Shown here: piece by piece, positions 62,361 to 64,000 of the stretch
How positions within the stretch are numbered: the stretch's first letter is position 1
How the letters are laid out: every line of letters begins with the position of its first letter
Source of the DNA: an uncultured delta proteobacterium
Lineage (GTDB): Bacteria; Desulfobacterota; Binatia; UBA9968
Length of the DNA: 64,000 nucleotides
Assembly (NCBI GenBank): GCA_963728565.1
Contig: CAVSLC010000012.1
Span: 1-64,000, forward strand
Direction: 5' to 3'
Position numbers and translations under genes: made by a program
Notes under the pieces: generated by a model
What the model was told of the DNA's origin: nothing
Database searches by the model: none
What the model saw: the letters and a program-made list of their open reading frames with translations, nothing else

Positions 62361-64000
62361 TCATACGGTGACCCCAAGCCGCTCGGATGGAATCTCATTG
62401 GCTCTTGCTGCAACAGCAAAACAGGGGACGACCAGACACACGGCGACTGTTCCGATCAACATGGTCAGGCCAAAAGCTTGCAAAGCAGGAGTCTTGCTTA
62501 AACTGAGCAGGCCGAATGAAAGCAACGTGTTAATTGCCGAAAGCGCCACCGAGAGCCAGGCGATCGCGTCGCGCCGGCCGAAATGCTCTTGCAAAAAAAT
62601 CCCATAATCGATGCCAATGCCCAGTAGGAGCATTAGGCCGAGCACATGGAACAACTGCAGACCTGCGCCGACGCTGCCCAGCAGCGCAAGCGTAGTCAGA
62701 CTCGCGATTGCTGTTGGAGCGACTACTCGCCAGGTGTGGCGGCCATAGCGCGGGTAGAGCAAGCCGTAAACGGCAAAATAGGAAAATACCACGAGCCAAG
62801 TCATATATCGGCGGTAAGCCGCTAGGACGGACGAGACTTCACTGACTTTGTCCACCCACTGAACTCCCTCGAGGCCGCCGGCGGCTTGCTGCAGAATTGC
62901 TAGGGTATCTTTTTTCGCTCCCCGCACCGCGACAATGCTGGCGTAGATGCCGTTCAGATTGCCGAGCCAGATAGGATGGCTGAGTTCAGCGATCGACGAT
63001 TTAAAAAAATTTTCGGGTGAGAGAGGCAAAGCCGATGCAAGCAGAGCTTCACGGGAGCGGGACACCCATTGGTCGTCTTCCCCGAGTTTTTTCGCCAGCA
63101 GGTTGAGCGCGCCGCCGTCATTCAGAAGCTTGTTTTGAATAAGTCGCCGGTGCTCGCCCTGCACCTGCAAAGAAGGCACCCAATTCGATAGCGCCTGATA
63201 GCCGCTGATCAGGCGCTTTTCAATCATCGGCTCAAGCCGTTCTCTTAGCACTTCCTCGCGCTGAAGCACCGCCTCGGCCGTGGACCCGCGAACTAAATAG
63301 AATTGAGCCGGCGCGGGGACGTCCAGCAGTTGGCTGAGCTTGATCTGCTCCTCGACCAGATGTTTGGGCGGATTCTGCAGCGACCGGATATCGTCGTCTG
63401 TATGGAGCCCTGATAAGCCGAAAGCCGCCAAAGCGATCGCCAATAAACTAAACGTCAGCGTCCCTTGATCGCAACGCAGCACCGGCCAGTGCTGCATCGT
63501 ACCAGCGTACTTCTCGGCCAACCGACCACTCTTAAATGTGCCGCGCCACGCCAAAGCCGGGAACCAACAGATCACAGTAAGCCATGCGAAAACCAACCCG
63601 ACGGCGGAAAATACCGCCACCTGCCGCAAGCCCGGAAACGGCGTCAGCGCAAGGCCGAGATAGCCAATTACTGTCGTTACCAGGGCCAAAGTCAGCGCCG
63701 GCGTGAGCCGACGCAGTAATTGCCATGAGTTAAGTTGACGCGCATCGGCCGCAAATCGGTTGCATAGGAAGTAGGTTCCATAATCCTGGGCGCCACCGAT
63801 CAGACTGGCGCCGAATACCAGGGTCAGTAGGTGGACGCGATCGAAAACCACCCAGCAGACCGATAAAGCGCCTAGGCAACCGATGGCCACCGAAATCATC
63901 ACCCAGGCTATCGGCTTTAACGAACGAAATGCGATCCAGGTCATCGCAATGATGCCGAGCATCGAGCCAAGGCCGATGGTGCCGATTTCTTTCCTTGACT
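62361..64000 (-). CDS. MMPL/RND-type exporter of APE clusters (5' part outside the window)
   Basis: 'TLVFGASLIG..QDY', 'PFPGLRQ', 'GIGIDYGIF', 'SFGLL..S.TPAL'. Confidence 0.85.
   Translation of the reverse strand, partial: SRKEIGTIGLGSMLGIIAMTWIAFRSLKPIAWVMISVAIGCLGALSVCWVVFDRVHLLTLVFGASLIGGAQDYGTYFLCNRFAADARQLNSWQLLRRLTPALTLALVTTVIGYLGLALTPFPGLRQVAVFSAVGLVFAWLTVICWFPALAWRGTFKSGRLAEKYAGTMQHWPVLRCDQGTLTFSLLAIALAAFGLSGLHTDDDIRSLQNPPKHLVEEQIKLSQLLDVPAPAQFYLVRGSTAEAVLQREEVLRERLEPMIEKRLISGYQALSNWVPSLQVQGEHRRLIQNKLLNDGGALNLLAKKLGEDDQWVSRSREALLASALPLSPENFFKSSIAELSHPIWLGNLNGIYASIVAVRGAKKDTLAILQQAAGGLEGVQWVDKVSEVSSVLAAYRRYMTWLVVFSYFAVYGLLYPRYGRHTWRVVAPTAIASLTTLALLGSVGAGLQLFHVLGLMLLLGIGIDYGIFLQEHFGRRDAIAWLSVALSAINTLLSFGLLSLSKTPALQAFGLTMLIGTVAVCLVVPCFAVAARANEIPSERLGVTV

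Overview
Bacterial chromosomal window of moderately high GC. Gene content (many tripartite transporters, an LLM oxidoreductase, a core MetE-like protein, the xerC-hslVU-argB order, an alpha2-type GlyRS) suggests a Deltaproteobacteria-like organism such as Candidatus Binatia; this is inference only. In order: catabolic and transport genes (maleate-isomerase-like, MetE-II, TAXI receptor, MarC, TerC, TctABC, GloA, LLM, enamidase-like); a metal-uptake operon led by a small His/Cys ORF ending in RGPP; a divergent ECF sigma / zinc anti-sigma / helical-repeat / DUF1800 / DUF1501 module; a heterodimeric ABC exporter; glyQS with a tandem duplicate of its own 5' region; an AT-richer accessory block (S8 protease with three tandem repeats plus glycosyl- and methyltransferases); a core xerC-hslVU-arg-lys-dap operon; a 228-bp MITE inserted on a start codon; and the distal end of an aryl-polyene-type cluster with a flavin-dependent halogenase-like gene. 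Single-base frameshifts hit even housekeeping genes (dapB, argF, argH, xerC), so they are most likely long-read assembly errors. No rRNA, tRNA or CRISPR array was seen. All calls are from manual motif reading; no database search was run.
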